This document shows, piece after piece, positions 46,798 to 57,366 of a stretch of DNA of 64,000 nt; within the stretch, counting starts at the first letter, position 1; every line of letters begins with the position of its first letter. Source of the DNA: Actinomycetes bacterium (lineage in GTDB: Bacteria; Actinomycetota; Acidimicrobiia; Acidimicrobiales; Ilumatobacteraceae); contig JBAWVW010000002.1 of NCBI GenBank assembly GCA_037147055.1, positions 4,323 to 68,322 on the forward strand, in the 5' to 3' direction. The position numbers and the translations under genes were made by a program. The notes under the pieces were generated by a model. The model did no database searches. It saw nothing but the letters and a program-made list of their open reading frames with translations, and had not been told where the DNA came from.

Positions 46798-48752
46798 CGA
46801 GTCGACGGCCATCCCCAACTCGCACGCGAACCAAAGTGCAGTCTTCGCGTGCGACTCAAAGTCGGGTGTCCAGCAAACCTGCGTCTAGAAAAGTAGCGCC
46901 CAAAAAGTCAGCAGAACGATCAACCTCAGCGCCTCGCCAGCGGAACACTGACCGTAGTCCTGTGGTCAAAAAAAAATCGACTGCCAGTGGTCGGCATGAT
47001 GACCATGTTTGGGCAGTGGGCTCAACACGTCGTCGTTTTCGTTGGTTGGTGGGAGTTGCAATAGCGCTGTTAGCGCTCTTAGTAGGCAAGAGCACCTATA
47101 TCCAAGTAGTTCATGGACGCGGTTTGCAAGCTGAAGGTATTGCGCAAAGAGAGCGAACGACAAAAATTCACGCGTCTCGCGGAACCATCTTTGACCGTGA
47201 TGGAAATGAAATGACCATCACTGTTCCCGGTCTATCCCTTTATGCTGATCCACGCGCAGTGACCGATCCTGCTGCGACGGCACATGTTCTGGGACAGATG
47301 CTTGGCTTTGACTCTTCATCTGAAATGGAGTTGGCCAAAAAATTAGCGAAGAAAACAACAACATTTGTTTATGTGCAACGATTCGTTAACAAAGATGTCG
47401 CCGACGCGATTTTGTCCTTGAACTTGGCGGGGGTTGACAGCACCTCTGAGCCTCAGCGAATTCAAGTTGCAGGCGGACTAGCAACCAACATCATTGGCCG
47501 AACCGATCCCTTCGGAGTCGGTTCCACTGGGCTCGAACTTCAATATGACAAAGTGCTCAGCGGTCGTGATGGGTCAGTGGTTCGTGAATCACTCAAAGGC
47601 AGAAGTCTGCCGGGCACGAGCCGAATCGCTGAACGAGCACGACCTGGAACCGATTTAGTTCTCACGATTGATCGTTCAATGCAATTTCAAACCGAACAAT
47701 CATTACTTGCGCGAGTGAATGAACTCAATGCCCATGGTGGCAACGCCGTCATACTTGACACGAAAACAGGGGAGGTTTTGGCGATTGCCAGCGTGCGCCG
47801 CGAAAGTGACGGCATCGCCAAAGTCACCAGTGCAAACCTTGCCGCCGTGGAGTCCTATGAGCCAGGATCAGTGGCCAAGGTGTTCAGCATCGCTGCCACC
47901 ATTGACACTGGTGTCAGTAGTCCTGAGCGCATCTACGAAGTACCTGGGGTGTACGTCTTTGACCCAGATACTAAATTTGAAAAGACGATTTATGATGCAT
48001 ACCCTCATGAATTAGAACCTATGTCTTTGCGTGACATCATCGTTCATTCATCAAATATCGGGACCTTATTGGCAGCTAGTGAAGTTGGCTCGCCTCAGTT
48101 GCACGATTATTTGTCAGAGTTTGGATTTGGGCATCAGACTGGTTTGGATTTCCCAGGAGAGAGCGCTGGCGTTCTGAAACAAGCCAAGAATTGGCGCGGT
48201 TCAGAGAATGCAACGGTGGCCTACGGTTACGGTTTTTCAAGTACATCGCTGCAACTTGCAGCCGCTGTCAACGTTGTGGCAAACAAGGGCATGTACGTAT
48301 CGCCAAAGTTTGTGAAATCAACTATTGATGAGAAGGGTTCGTTGTGGGAGACGCCGAGCGGTCAAACACATCGCGTGATCTCGGAGACTACGGCCTCAAC
48401 AATGACTGATTTGTTGCGCGGAGTTGTCTGCGAAGGCACAGGTGTGCGTGCCAACGTTGACGGTATTGCCATTGCGGGTAAGACAGGAACAAGTCGCAAA
48501 CTTCAGGCCAATGGCACCTACATCAGTGACAGTGGTCTGCGCTCGTACTTCGCCACATTCGTTGGTTTTTTGCCAGCGGCTGACCCAAAAGTCACTATTT
48601 TGGTGTCGATTGACGAACCAGATCCATCAAGTCGGGATCGATTTGGTGGTACCGCCGCCGCTCCACTCTTCGCAAAGTTGGCGACCATGGCAATTCACGA
48701 GCGTTCCATTGATCCGACGATCGGTGACAGCGGATGTCGGGTAGTGAAATGA
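46794..48752 (+). CDS. ftsI: class B PBP, divisome transpeptidase FtsI
   Basis: SxxK = SVAK, SxN = SSN, KTG = KTGTS. About 85 aa basic N-terminal tail before the TM. Confidence 0.9.
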   Translation: MTSRRPSPTRTRTKVQSSRATQSRVSSKPASRKVAPKKSAERSTSAPRQRNTDRSPVVKKKSTASGRHDDHVWAVGSTRRRFRWLVGVAIALLALLVGKSTYIQVVHGRGLQAEGIAQRERTTKIHASRGTIFDRDGNEMTITVPGLSLYADPRAVTDPAATAHVLGQMLGFDSSSEMELAKKLAKKTTTFVYVQRFVNKDVADAILSLNLAGVDSTSEPQRIQVAGGLATNIIGRTDPFGVGSTGLELQYDKVLSGRDGSVVRESLKGRSLPGTSRIAERARPGTDLVLTIDRSMQFQTEQSLLARVNELNAHGGNAVILDTKTGEVLAIASVRRESDGIAKVTSANLAAVESYEPGSVAKVFSIAATIDTGVSSPERIYEVPGVYVFDPDTKFEKTIYDAYPHELEPMSLRDIIVHSSNIGTLLAASEVGSPQLHDYLSEFGFGHQTGLDFPGESAGVLKQAKNWRGSENATVAYGYGFSSTSLQLAAAVNVVANKGMYVSPKFVKSTIDEKGSLWETPSGQTHRVISETTASTMTDLLRGVVCEGTGVRANVDGIAIAGKTGTSRKLQANGTYISDSGLRSYFATFVGFLPAADPKVTILVSIDEPDPSSRDRFGGTAAAPLFAKLATMAIHERSIDPTIGDSGCRVVK

Positions 48753-50185
48753 TGATGGCGACACTGACGGCCGGACAGATTGTCGAGATATTCCCGAAGT
48801 CAGGTACGCGCATGAACGCGGATCTCGGTAATGTGGAAGTGGTCTCCATCACGCATGACTCTCGTCAAGTGGACAAGGGGTCGTTGTTTTGCTGTGTGCC
48901 AGGCGATCGTTACGATGGACACAACTTCGCTGCGGAGGCAGTTTCGCGCGGTGCATCGGCCTTACTTGTTGACCATTTCCTGCCCGAGATCGACGGCGCA
49001 ATAGCACAGATCATCGTTCCCGATGTGCGATCTTGTCTTGGGATAGTTGCCGCAAAAGTTCACGGGAATCCTTCACGACAGCTATCTGTCGTTGGCATCA
49101 CTGGTACAAATGGCAAGACAACGACGGCTCATCTCCTTGCTTCGATTCTGCGTTCAGGCAGAGTAAAGACTGAAATTCTTGGAACTCTTTCGGGGGGCTT
49201 CACGACTCCAGAAGCGGCAGATTTGCAAAAGATGTTTGCCGATATGTTGGACGTTGGTGTGCGGTCAATAGCGATGGAGGTCTCATCTCATGCTTTGGCT
49301 CTTGGACGGGTCAATGGAACGCAATTCTCGCAAACTGTGTTCACTAATCTCGGAATTGACCATTTGGATTTCCATGGTACGCAAGAAGAATATTTTCTAG
49401 CGAAATTGCGTTTGTTCAGCAGTGAGTTTTGCGGAACCGGAATCGTTAATGCTGATGATCCCTTCGGGCAGAGGATCATTGAGCAAGCGGACATTTCGAT
49501 CATCCCGTTTTCGATGCAAGATATTCAGGACTTGGAAGTGTCAGCGGTCGAACATAGTTATAGATGGCGAGGGCATCGAATTGCGGTCGCAATTGGAGGT
49601 TCGGTCAATGTCATGAACTCAATTGCCGCGGCAACGATTGCTGATGAGATGGGCATGGGTTCTGAAGCGATCATTGAGGGTCTGCGCGAGGTGCCTCGGA
49701 TAAGTGGCAGATTCGAAAAAGTTGACGTCGGACAAGAATTCGTCGTACTGATTGATTTCGCCCACACGCCCGATGGATTGAGCCAAGTTCTACGCTCAGT
49801 TCGCGAGTCCACTCCCGGAGGTCGAGTCATGGTTGTTTTTGGCTGTGGCGGAGACCGAGACAAAATGAAACGCCCAATGATGGGAGAAGTGGCCGTCTCA
49901 CTGGCAGATGTTGTCGTCGTGACATCCGATAACCCTCGCAGCGAGAATCCGGAGGCCATTATCGCTTCGGTTACTGCAGGGGTCCCAGAGCATTTGCGAC
50001 ACCGCCTCATTGCCACTGAGGTTGATCGAAGGCTCGCTATTCGGCGAGTGCTGAAGATGGCTGAGCCTGCAGATGTAGTGATTATTGCAGGTAAGGGTCA
50101 TGAGACGACGCAAACAATCGGCACAGAGGTTTTCCCGTTTGACGATCGCCTTGTCGTGGCTGAGATTTTGCGAGGTGTCGGATGA
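48734..50185 (+). CDS. murE: UDP-MurNAc-tripeptide synthetase, meso-DAP type
   Basis: GITGTNGKTTT, GCGGDRD and the DAP-specificity motif DNPR. ATG 48749 (ATGA overlap with ftsI) is an alternative start. Confidence 0.93.
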   Translation: MSGSEMMMATLTAGQIVEIFPKSGTRMNADLGNVEVVSITHDSRQVDKGSLFCCVPGDRYDGHNFAAEAVSRGASALLVDHFLPEIDGAIAQIIVPDVRSCLGIVAAKVHGNPSRQLSVVGITGTNGKTTTAHLLASILRSGRVKTEILGTLSGGFTTPEAADLQKMFADMLDVGVRSIAMEVSSHALALGRVNGTQFSQTVFTNLGIDHLDFHGTQEEYFLAKLRLFSSEFCGTGIVNADDPFGQRIIEQADISIIPFSMQDIQDLEVSAVEHSYRWRGHRIAVAIGGSVNVMNSIAAATIADEMGMGSEAIIEGLREVPRISGRFEKVDVGQEFVVLIDFAHTPDGLSQVLRSVRESTPGGRVMVVFGCGGDRDKMKRPMMGEVAVSLADVVVVTSDNPRSENPEAIIASVTAGVPEHLRHRLIATEVDRRLAIRRVLKMAEPADVVIIAGKGHETTQTIGTEVFPFDDRLVVAEILRGVG

Positions 50186-51249
50186 TAGCGGTGATGATTG
50201 CTGGGATATCAGCGATGTGTGCTTCACTATTCAGCACCCGCTTTCTGATCAGCTTTTTCAAAAATCGCGGAAAAGGTCAACCAATATTAGGAAAAGAAGA
50301 TCACGGGCCTGACCATCATCAAAGTAAAGCTGGCACTCCAACAATGGGTGGACTGGCCATTGTTGGTTCCGCAATGTTGGGTTGGACCATTGCCCACATT
50401 CGCGATGGACTTGCTTTTTCTAATCAGGCACTGATTATTTGGGTTGGTATCGTTGCGATGGCAGCGATGGGCTTGATTGATGATGTCATCAAGGTCAATA
50501 AGGGGCATAACCGCGGCATCCTTTGGAAGAAAAAGGGTTACATTACATTTGGTTTGGCATGTCTGATCACATGGTTCCTCGTGGCCACGGTTGATATTTC
50601 AGAAACAATCTCGTTGACTCGTTTTGACTTTCCAGGTTGGCAGATTCCTTGGTGGCTATGGGTGTTGTGGACGGCGTTGATGATGTGGGGTACAACCAAC
50701 GCAGTCAATGTCACCGATGGTCTTGATGGTTTGGCCGGCGGATCAGCGCTGTTCGGATTTCTTGCGTTCACTGTGATTGGTTATTGGTCGTTTAGAAATC
50801 CAGAAATTTATGGTGTGCTTCACGGCGGCACCGTTAACCCGTTGGATCTCGCTGTTTTATCGGCCGCTTTCGCTGGTGCATGTGGAGGTTTCTTGTGGTG
50901 GAACGCTGCGCCTGCCAAAATATTTATGGGTGATGTCGGAGCTCTCGGCATAGGCGCAGCTTTGGGATTATTAGCAGTGGCAACCAATACACATTTCCTA
51001 TTGCCGTTGATCTGCGGAGTCAACGTCATCGAAGCTGGTTCGGTGGCGATTCAAATGGCTATTTTTAAGGCCTCGGGACGAACTCGACGTTTTTTTCGGA
51101 TGACTCCCATTCATCACCATTTTGAGTTGATCGGTTGGCCAGAAACGACAGTGATCATTAGGTTTTGGATCATTGGGGGCGTGTGCGTAGCTGCCTCTCT
51201 CGCTTTATTCATTGGTGACTTCACTCGAATAAGCGATGCGCTGCGATGA
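50182..51249 (+). CDS. mraY: phospho-MurNAc-pentapeptide translocase
   Basis: PTMGGL, NAVNVTDGLDGLAGG, HHHFE. Confidence 0.95.
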   Translation: MIAVMIAGISAMCASLFSTRFLISFFKNRGKGQPILGKEDHGPDHHQSKAGTPTMGGLAIVGSAMLGWTIAHIRDGLAFSNQALIIWVGIVAMAAMGLIDDVIKVNKGHNRGILWKKKGYITFGLACLITWFLVATVDISETISLTRFDFPGWQIPWWLWVLWTALMMWGTTNAVNVTDGLDGLAGGSALFGFLAFTVIGYWSFRNPEIYGVLHGGTVNPLDLAVLSAAFAGACGGFLWWNAAPAKIFMGDVGALGIGAALGLLAVATNTHFLLPLICGVNVIEAGSVAIQMAIFKASGRTRRFFRMTPIHHHFELIGWPETTVIIRFWIIGGVCVAASLALFIGDFTRISDALR

Positions 51250-52622
51250 GTGATCAGGTGCTTGTCTACGGAGTTGGGATTGCAGGTATGGCGACGATTC
51301 GTGCGCTGAAGCAGCGTGACATTGACTTCATCGCCGTTGATGATCGCCTGACAGATATCCAACGATTGGCCTTGGCAGAAATAGATGTCGTGGCGATTGA
51401 GTCTCCCAGCGATACCGAGTTGAGAAAACTGATTGAAATGAGTGCATGTGTTGCTCCTGCACCCGGCATTGCCGAGCATCATCGCTTGATTACTGAGTCG
51501 CTGCATCAGGGTAAGGAAATAAAGACCGAGTTAGACCTTGCTTATGAATGGGAATCCATGCGCACCGGTGGCGCTCGCCCCATTGTGACGGTGACAGGAA
51601 CCGATGGCAAGACTTCGACCGTATTGTTAACTCAAGCCATGCTGGCAGCATCAGGCCGTCGACCAGTCGCTTGTGGAAATACGGAGATTCCTATGGTCGA
51701 GGCTTTGGATATGGACGTTGATACGTTCGTCGTTGAAGCCACAAGTTTTCGTCTTGCCTTCGTCGAATCATTTCGTTCGCAGGCTTCGGCGTGGTTGAAC
51801 TTGGCTCCGGATCATCTTGATTGGCACATATCAATGGATACCTATGAGGCGGCGAAGGCCCGTCTTTGGAGAAATCTTTACCTGACAGATACTGCGATCG
51901 GTTGTGCTGCTGATCAGACAGTGATGCGTCACTTGCGCCGATCGTCGGCACACCAAATAGTTGTTGCAGGGGAGTCGGGTGACGGCCACTACTTCTGTCG
52001 TGACGGAAAACTGTGTGGACCATTCGGAGAGATCACGCAGAGTGCAGCCATGCATCGCGCGCTGCCGCATGATATTTCCAACGCCCTAGTGGCAACAGCT
52101 CTGTGCCAAGAAAGTGGCTTGGGTGAACTCCGTGCGATCACTTCGGTTCTCAGCACCTTCGTGGCGCCACATCATCGGATTGAGTTTGTGGCGCAAGCAC
52201 ACGGAGTGAGTTGGTTTGACGATTCAAAGGCCACGACTCCGCACGCTGCCCTGACTGCCATTCGTGGTTTTGATTCAGTGGTTTTGATTGCGGGTGGACG
52301 CAATAAAGGTCTTGACCTCGCAGCAATGGCTGGTGAGCCTGGTCGAATGAAAAGTGTCGTAGCAATTGGTGAATCAGCCGAACTCATCGCTCAGGCTTTT
52401 CACGGTGTGTGTCCAGTCGTATTTGCAGATTCGATGGAGGTAGCCGTCTCGGTAGCGGCCTCTTTGGTAACCACTGGCGACACCGTACTTTTGTCTCCAG
52501 GATGTACAAGCCTGGATTGGTACGGCGGATATGCCGCACGCGGTGAAGATTTTTCGCGATGTGTCAAAGAACTCCTTGGTCCGAATGTTTTACGCACTCA
52601 AAGTAATGGAGCCACATCATGA
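51246..52622 (+). CDS. murD: UDP-MurNAc-L-Ala--D-Glu ligase
   Basis: GTDGKTST, DDSKATT, SPGCTSLDWY..RGEDF. Confidence 0.93.
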   Translation: MSDQVLVYGVGIAGMATIRALKQRDIDFIAVDDRLTDIQRLALAEIDVVAIESPSDTELRKLIEMSACVAPAPGIAEHHRLITESLHQGKEIKTELDLAYEWESMRTGGARPIVTVTGTDGKTSTVLLTQAMLAASGRRPVACGNTEIPMVEALDMDVDTFVVEATSFRLAFVESFRSQASAWLNLAPDHLDWHISMDTYEAAKARLWRNLYLTDTAIGCAADQTVMRHLRRSSAHQIVVAGESGDGHYFCRDGKLCGPFGEITQSAAMHRALPHDISNALVATALCQESGLGELRAITSVLSTFVAPHHRIEFVAQAHGVSWFDDSKATTPHAALTAIRGFDSVVLIAGGRNKGLDLAAMAGEPGRMKSVVAIGESAELIAQAFHGVCPVVFADSMEVAVSVAASLVTTGDTVLLSPGCTSLDWYGGYAARGEDFSRCVKELLGPNVLRTQSNGATS

Positions 52623-53875
52623 CAGCCGTCATTCAACGTCAAACTCGCAAACCTCAAGATATGTCCGACCGTCGGCGGGCTGCCTTTGAACGCGCCCAAT
52701 TAGCTCGTAGCAAAGGGACCCGACCCCGTTCTCGTTATCGTGAGAAAATAGGCAAAGGGCCAAAACCTTTGGGCTTCTACATGATTGCTGCGATGGTTTT
52801 TATTCTTGTTGCCTTTGGTTTAGTCATGGTTCTTTCGGCCTCCTCGATCTATTCATTTAATAAAGAGGGAACACCATGGAATTACTTCTCTCGGCAGGTT
52901 TTTTTCGCCGGCATTGGTTTGCTTGGAATGGCTTTAGCTACCACTTTTCCGCTCACTTGGTTTCAAAAGCACACGAAGAGATTCCCCTCATTGACATTTG
53001 CTTCAATCTTGCCCATGTTCGGCGTGGCTCTGATGTTGCTTGCTTTCCTCCCTGGTATCGGCACCAAAGTCAACGGCGCACGGGCATGGATTCACTTTGG
53101 TTCTCAAACATTCCAACCCTCCGAGTTGATGAAGTTATTCATCATTATTTTTGGTGCCGACCTTTTGTCACGACGTGAAGCAGAAATGGGAAACCTGCGC
53201 CGCACTATGAGTCCTTTTCTCATAGTCACGAGCGCGGGTGCCGGATTAGCGATGATTCAGAGCGATGTTGGCTCGTGTCTCGTCATGCTTGGAATAGCTG
53301 CTGCTGTCCTCTTCCTAGCCGGCGCACCACTGCGTCCCATGCTGGCTTTGGCGGCAGGAGCAACGCCGTTTGCACTGTTGTTCATTCGTAGTAGCCCCGA
53401 AAAACTTCAACGATTTACTTCTTTTTTGGATATTTATGGAACCCGCGCAGATCAGGGCTATCAGGTGTACCAGTCGATGATCAGTCTCTCTAATGGCGGC
53501 TTGACAGGTACGGGTATCGGAACTGGTTCGGGTAAATGGGGTTATGTTCCCTTGGCTCACAGCGACTTCATATTCGCTGTTCTTGCTGAAGAGATGGGCT
53601 TGTTGGGGGTTCTGGGACTTGTGACTCTCTTCGCTTTTCTCATTTATTTTGGACTACAAGTGGCTCTTTCGTGTCGTTATCGCTTTGGGCTGTTGCTTGC
53701 TGGGGGCATCGCTTCCTGGTTCTTATTGCAGTTAGTGATCAACGTTGGTGGGGTCATCGGTTTGTTGCCAGTGACTGGACTGACCTTGCCGTTCATCTCT
53801 TTTGGTGGAACATCGCTTATTGTTTCAATGGTGGCGTGCGGATTAATGATGAACGTAGCCCGCAGACCAAGATGA
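52619..53875 (+). CDS. ftsW: SEDS peptidoglycan glycosyltransferase FtsW
   Basis: Polytopic membrane protein. QPSELMK and LPFISFGGTS. Located in the dcw cluster. Confidence 0.9.
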   Translation: MTAVIQRQTRKPQDMSDRRRAAFERAQLARSKGTRPRSRYREKIGKGPKPLGFYMIAAMVFILVAFGLVMVLSASSIYSFNKEGTPWNYFSRQVFFAGIGLLGMALATTFPLTWFQKHTKRFPSLTFASILPMFGVALMLLAFLPGIGTKVNGARAWIHFGSQTFQPSELMKLFIIIFGADLLSRREAEMGNLRRTMSPFLIVTSAGAGLAMIQSDVGSCLVMLGIAAAVLFLAGAPLRPMLALAAGATPFALLFIRSSPEKLQRFTSFLDIYGTRADQGYQVYQSMISLSNGGLTGTGIGTGSGKWGYVPLAHSDFIFAVLAEEMGLLGVLGLVTLFAFLIYFGLQVALSCRYRFGLLLAGGIASWFLLQLVINVGGVIGLLPVTGLTLPFISFGGTSLIVSMVACGLMMNVARRPR

Positions 53876-54996
53876 CTTGTTTCGCAGTCATCGGCGGTGG
53901 CGGCACCTCGGGGCATGTCCTGCCGGCGATCGCGATAAGCGAAACACTCGTTGATTCTGGGATATTGATCAGTGATATCTACTACATGGGTGCGCATCGG
54001 GGAATTGAAACGCGTTTGATCCCACCAACAGGAATGGGGCACAAGTTTTTTCATGTGACTGGACTGCAAAGAAGTTTCTCCTTTTCGGCATGTCAGACGA
54101 ATTTTCTCTTTATTCCGCGCTTGCTACGAGCGCGGAATCAGGCAATTCGACTGATGCGATCGCTTGCACCCAAAGTGGTTGTCAGCGTTGGCGGCTACGC
54201 CAGTTTGCCCGCAGTGCTGGCTGCAAAGAAATTAGGCATTCCCATTGTGGTCGTGAGTTATGACCGCAGGCCGGGAAGATCAAGTAGCCTGACGGCGCGT
54301 TTCGCCGACAAGACAGCGGCGGCCTTTCCCGACTCGCCGCTGCCGCGCGCGGTCATGACTGGAGCTCCAGTGCGGCGGGTGGTGCGTTCCGTAAGTCGAG
54401 ATCAGGACCGTGTCGCGGCCCGCCAAAGACTTGGAATCGCCGAGAAACGATTTCTGATCGGTGTGATTGGTGGTTCTCAGGGTTCTGGAATGCTGAATGA
54501 AATAATCCAACGATTCGTGCAAAGATTTGCTGATGATGATCAGTTGGCAGTTCGGCACATCGTGGGGCCACGCTTTTTTGATGACTTCAAAAATCCCATC
54601 ACGCCAACCCAGATTCACGGCGTGCAGTACCAAGTGATTGCTTACGAAGACAATATGCAAGACATCTATGCGAGCGTTGACCTCCTCATTGGGCGTGCAG
54701 GAGCAGGAACAATCGCCGATGTGGCGACTACTGGGACTCCTTCAATTTTGATTCCATGGTCTGGTGCCGCCGACGACCATCAAACAGCGAACGCCCAATG
54801 GCTGAGTGAAAGCGCAGCAGCGATTCTTCTCAAAGAAGACGTAGCTGCGGAATCATTGATCGCCAAGATCGAAGAATTGCGCGCGAACCCTGATCAGTTG
54901 CTTGAAATTGGGAGACATGCTTATCTCCTGGGTGCCAAAAATCGTGCTGGAGCAATTGGCGAACTAATTTTGAGCATGGCTCAAGGCATCAGATAA
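53872..54996 (+). CDS. murG: lipid II synthase MurG
   Basis: ATG 53872 overlaps the ftsW stop. GGGGTSGHVLPAIAI G-loop. Confidence 0.92.
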   Translation: MTCFAVIGGGGTSGHVLPAIAISETLVDSGILISDIYYMGAHRGIETRLIPPTGMGHKFFHVTGLQRSFSFSACQTNFLFIPRLLRARNQAIRLMRSLAPKVVVSVGGYASLPAVLAAKKLGIPIVVVSYDRRPGRSSSLTARFADKTAAAFPDSPLPRAVMTGAPVRRVVRSVSRDQDRVAARQRLGIAEKRFLIGVIGGSQGSGMLNEIIQRFVQRFADDDQLAVRHIVGPRFFDDFKNPITPTQIHGVQYQVIAYEDNMQDIYASVDLLIGRAGAGTIADVATTGTPSILIPWSGAADDHQTANAQWLSESAAAILLKEDVAAESLIAKIEELRANPDQLLEIGRHAYLLGAKNRAGAIGELILSMAQGIR

Positions 54997-56396
54997 TGAA
55001 TGGAATTGCCACCGATTTAACGACACGTCGGCGAATTCATGTGGTCGGCGTGGGTGGCCCAGGAATGAGCGCCATCGCCACGACTTTGCAACAAATGGGT
55101 CATGAAGTTTCTGGGAGCGACATTAAGGACTCGCCAGTCATTGACAGGTTGCGAGGACTCGGGGTACTGATCAACATTGGTCATGACGAAGATGTCGTTC
55201 ACGACTGCGATTATGTGACCGCCTCAACTGCTATTCCTCAGAACAATATTGAAATTGTGGCTGCTCGTTTGGCAGGTATCACTGTGTTGAATCGAGCTCA
55301 AATTTTGGCGGCGATTTGTTTTCAGCGACCGACGATTGGTGTTGCTGGTACGCATGGAAAGACAACAACAACGTCATTGCTCGTGCGTATTTTTACCCAT
55401 GCTGGTTTGAATCCAAATTTTATTGTTGGTGGTGATGTCCTGAATGAGTCAACTGGAGCGCGCTGGACCAATTCTCAGTGGACGATTGTTGAAGCCGATG
55501 AGAGTGATGGGACTCATCTGGAATTGCCACTAACCGCCAGCATCTTGACGAATATCGATTCTGATCATCTTGATCATTACAACGATCTTGCGGGCATTAC
55601 TGAAAGTTTCGCGAGGTATCTCTCGCAGATTCAGGGACCCCGCGTGGTTTGCTGTGATGATCCGTTGATTCGAAACCTGTCTCACGTGGGCGATTGGTGC
55701 ACTTACGGTTTTGACTCCACTGCTGATTTTTGTTGTCATGATGTCACAGCTACCGATGGTCGGACCGAGTTCGCGATCACTGACCAGCGTGGTGACGGGT
55801 TAAGTGTCACCATTTCTATGTCTCTGCGAGGGATGCATAATGTCCTCAATGTGACCGGGGCTGTAGCCATGGCGGTGGCCTGTGGCATTGAGATGCAGGT
55901 CGCGGCGGACGCAATACGAACCTTTGATGGAGTAGGCAGACGCTTTCAAATTGTGGGTGACTTTAAAGGGGCAACGCTGGTCGATGATTACGCCCACTTG
56001 CCACGCGAGATTGAGGCCGTCTTGGCTGCAGCGAAGTTCAGCGATGATGGCTGGGGACGAATCGTTGCGGTTTTTCAACCAAATCGTTTTAACCGTATGG
56101 CAATCATGTCCCCAGAATATGGCGATGCTTTTGCGAATGCTGATCTTGTGGTGATCACAGACATCTATTCATCGGGTACCGAAAAAATCGAGGGTGTCAC
56201 GGGGGAGTTGGTCGCTCACGCTGTGCGTGCTCGGCGTCCTGCGCAGCAAGTCTTATATTTCCCGAGTCGAGACTCATTGGCTGAGCAAGTATCGGCACTT
56301 TTGCAACCTGGTGATGTATGTATCTCAATGGGTTGCGGCGACATTGAATTTCTGCCTCATGAAATTTTAGAAACTCTTCGCCGTAGGGGCCACTGA
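54996..56396 (+). CDS. murC: UDP-MurNAc--L-Ala ligase
   Basis: GVGGPGMSAIA, GTHGKTTTTS. Confidence 0.95.
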   Translation: MNGIATDLTTRRRIHVVGVGGPGMSAIATTLQQMGHEVSGSDIKDSPVIDRLRGLGVLINIGHDEDVVHDCDYVTASTAIPQNNIEIVAARLAGITVLNRAQILAAICFQRPTIGVAGTHGKTTTTSLLVRIFTHAGLNPNFIVGGDVLNESTGARWTNSQWTIVEADESDGTHLELPLTASILTNIDSDHLDHYNDLAGITESFARYLSQIQGPRVVCCDDPLIRNLSHVGDWCTYGFDSTADFCCHDVTATDGRTEFAITDQRGDGLSVTISMSLRGMHNVLNVTGAVAMAVACGIEMQVAADAIRTFDGVGRRFQIVGDFKGATLVDDYAHLPREIEAVLAAAKFSDDGWGRIVAVFQPNRFNRMAIMSPEYGDAFANADLVVITDIYSSGTEKIEGVTGELVAHAVRARRPAQQVLYFPSRDSLAEQVSALLQPGDVCISMGCGDIEFLPHEILETLRRRGH

Positions 56397-56397
56397 G

Positions 56398-57366
56398 ATG
56401 TTGCGCAAGGAACAGATAGCGGCGACTATCGCTGGGCTTGGCGCATTGGCGCAATGCGACTATGACGTTTCATCGCTGACGACTTACAAGGTCGGCGGTC
56501 GAGCGGCAATTTTCGTTCGCGCCGAAACGATGCAAGACCTGTTGCTTGTGGCACGGGTCGTTTGCGAAACCGGTGTGCCGCTGATCTCTTTGGGGCGTGG
56601 CAGCAACTTACTGCTGAGCGATAACGGTTTTTCGGGTTTGATCGTGCAACTCGGAGAAGTTGCACAACAAATTTTGATCCCCAACAGGGAACTGCATGAT
56701 GAGGCCTTGATTGCTCGAAAGGATGAATGTTGCGTGACTGCCGGTTCTGCTGTGGCACTACCGGTTTTGGCACGGCGCACGGCTACTGCCGGTATTCGTG
56801 GCTTTGAGTGGGCCGTAGGTGTTCCGGGTTCAATTGGCGGTGCGATTCGAATGAATGCTGGGGGACACGGTTCAGATATCAGTGAATCATTAGTGAGCGC
56901 GCAGGTTCTTGATGTCCGTACTGCGATCATCTCCACCGTGTCGAGGGCAGAGTTTGGACTTCGTTTCCGCGCCTCTGATATCCGAGATGAGCAGTTGATT
57001 TTGTCTGCAACGCTGTCCTTGACCTATGGGAGTTCGCAGGAGTCCCAGCAGATGATTGATGAGATCGTCAGGTGGCGTAGAGAGAACCAACCAGGTGGAC
57101 AAAATGCGGGTTCGGTTTTTGTTAATCCGGTCCCAGGAGAAATAGCCGCTGGGCAATTGATTGATCGCTGCGGTTTGCGGGGTTTTCGGATTGGCTCAGC
57201 AGAGGTTTCTATGAAACACGCGAATTTTATCCAAGTGGATGCGGGTGGCTCGGCGCAAGACGTCGTGGCGTTAATGCGCTACATCCAACGGGCGGTACGC
57301 GACACTTCTGGGTATGAACTTCGTAGCGAAATCCGCCTCATAGGTTTTGGGGAGGAGTCCCAATGA
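56398..57366 (+). CDS. murB: UDP-N-acetylenolpyruvoylglucosamine reductase
   Basis: LTTYKVGGRA, GRGSNLL FAD-binding PCMH domain. C-terminal MurB domain. Confidence 0.92.
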   Translation: MLRKEQIAATIAGLGALAQCDYDVSSLTTYKVGGRAAIFVRAETMQDLLLVARVVCETGVPLISLGRGSNLLLSDNGFSGLIVQLGEVAQQILIPNRELHDEALIARKDECCVTAGSAVALPVLARRTATAGIRGFEWAVGVPGSIGGAIRMNAGGHGSDISESLVSAQVLDVRTAIISTVSRAEFGLRFRASDIRDEQLILSATLSLTYGSSQESQQMIDEIVRWRRENQPGGQNAGSVFVNPVPGEIAAGQLIDRCGLRGFRIGSAEVSMKHANFIQVDAGGSAQDVVALMRYIQRAVRDTSGYELRSEIRLIGFGEESQ

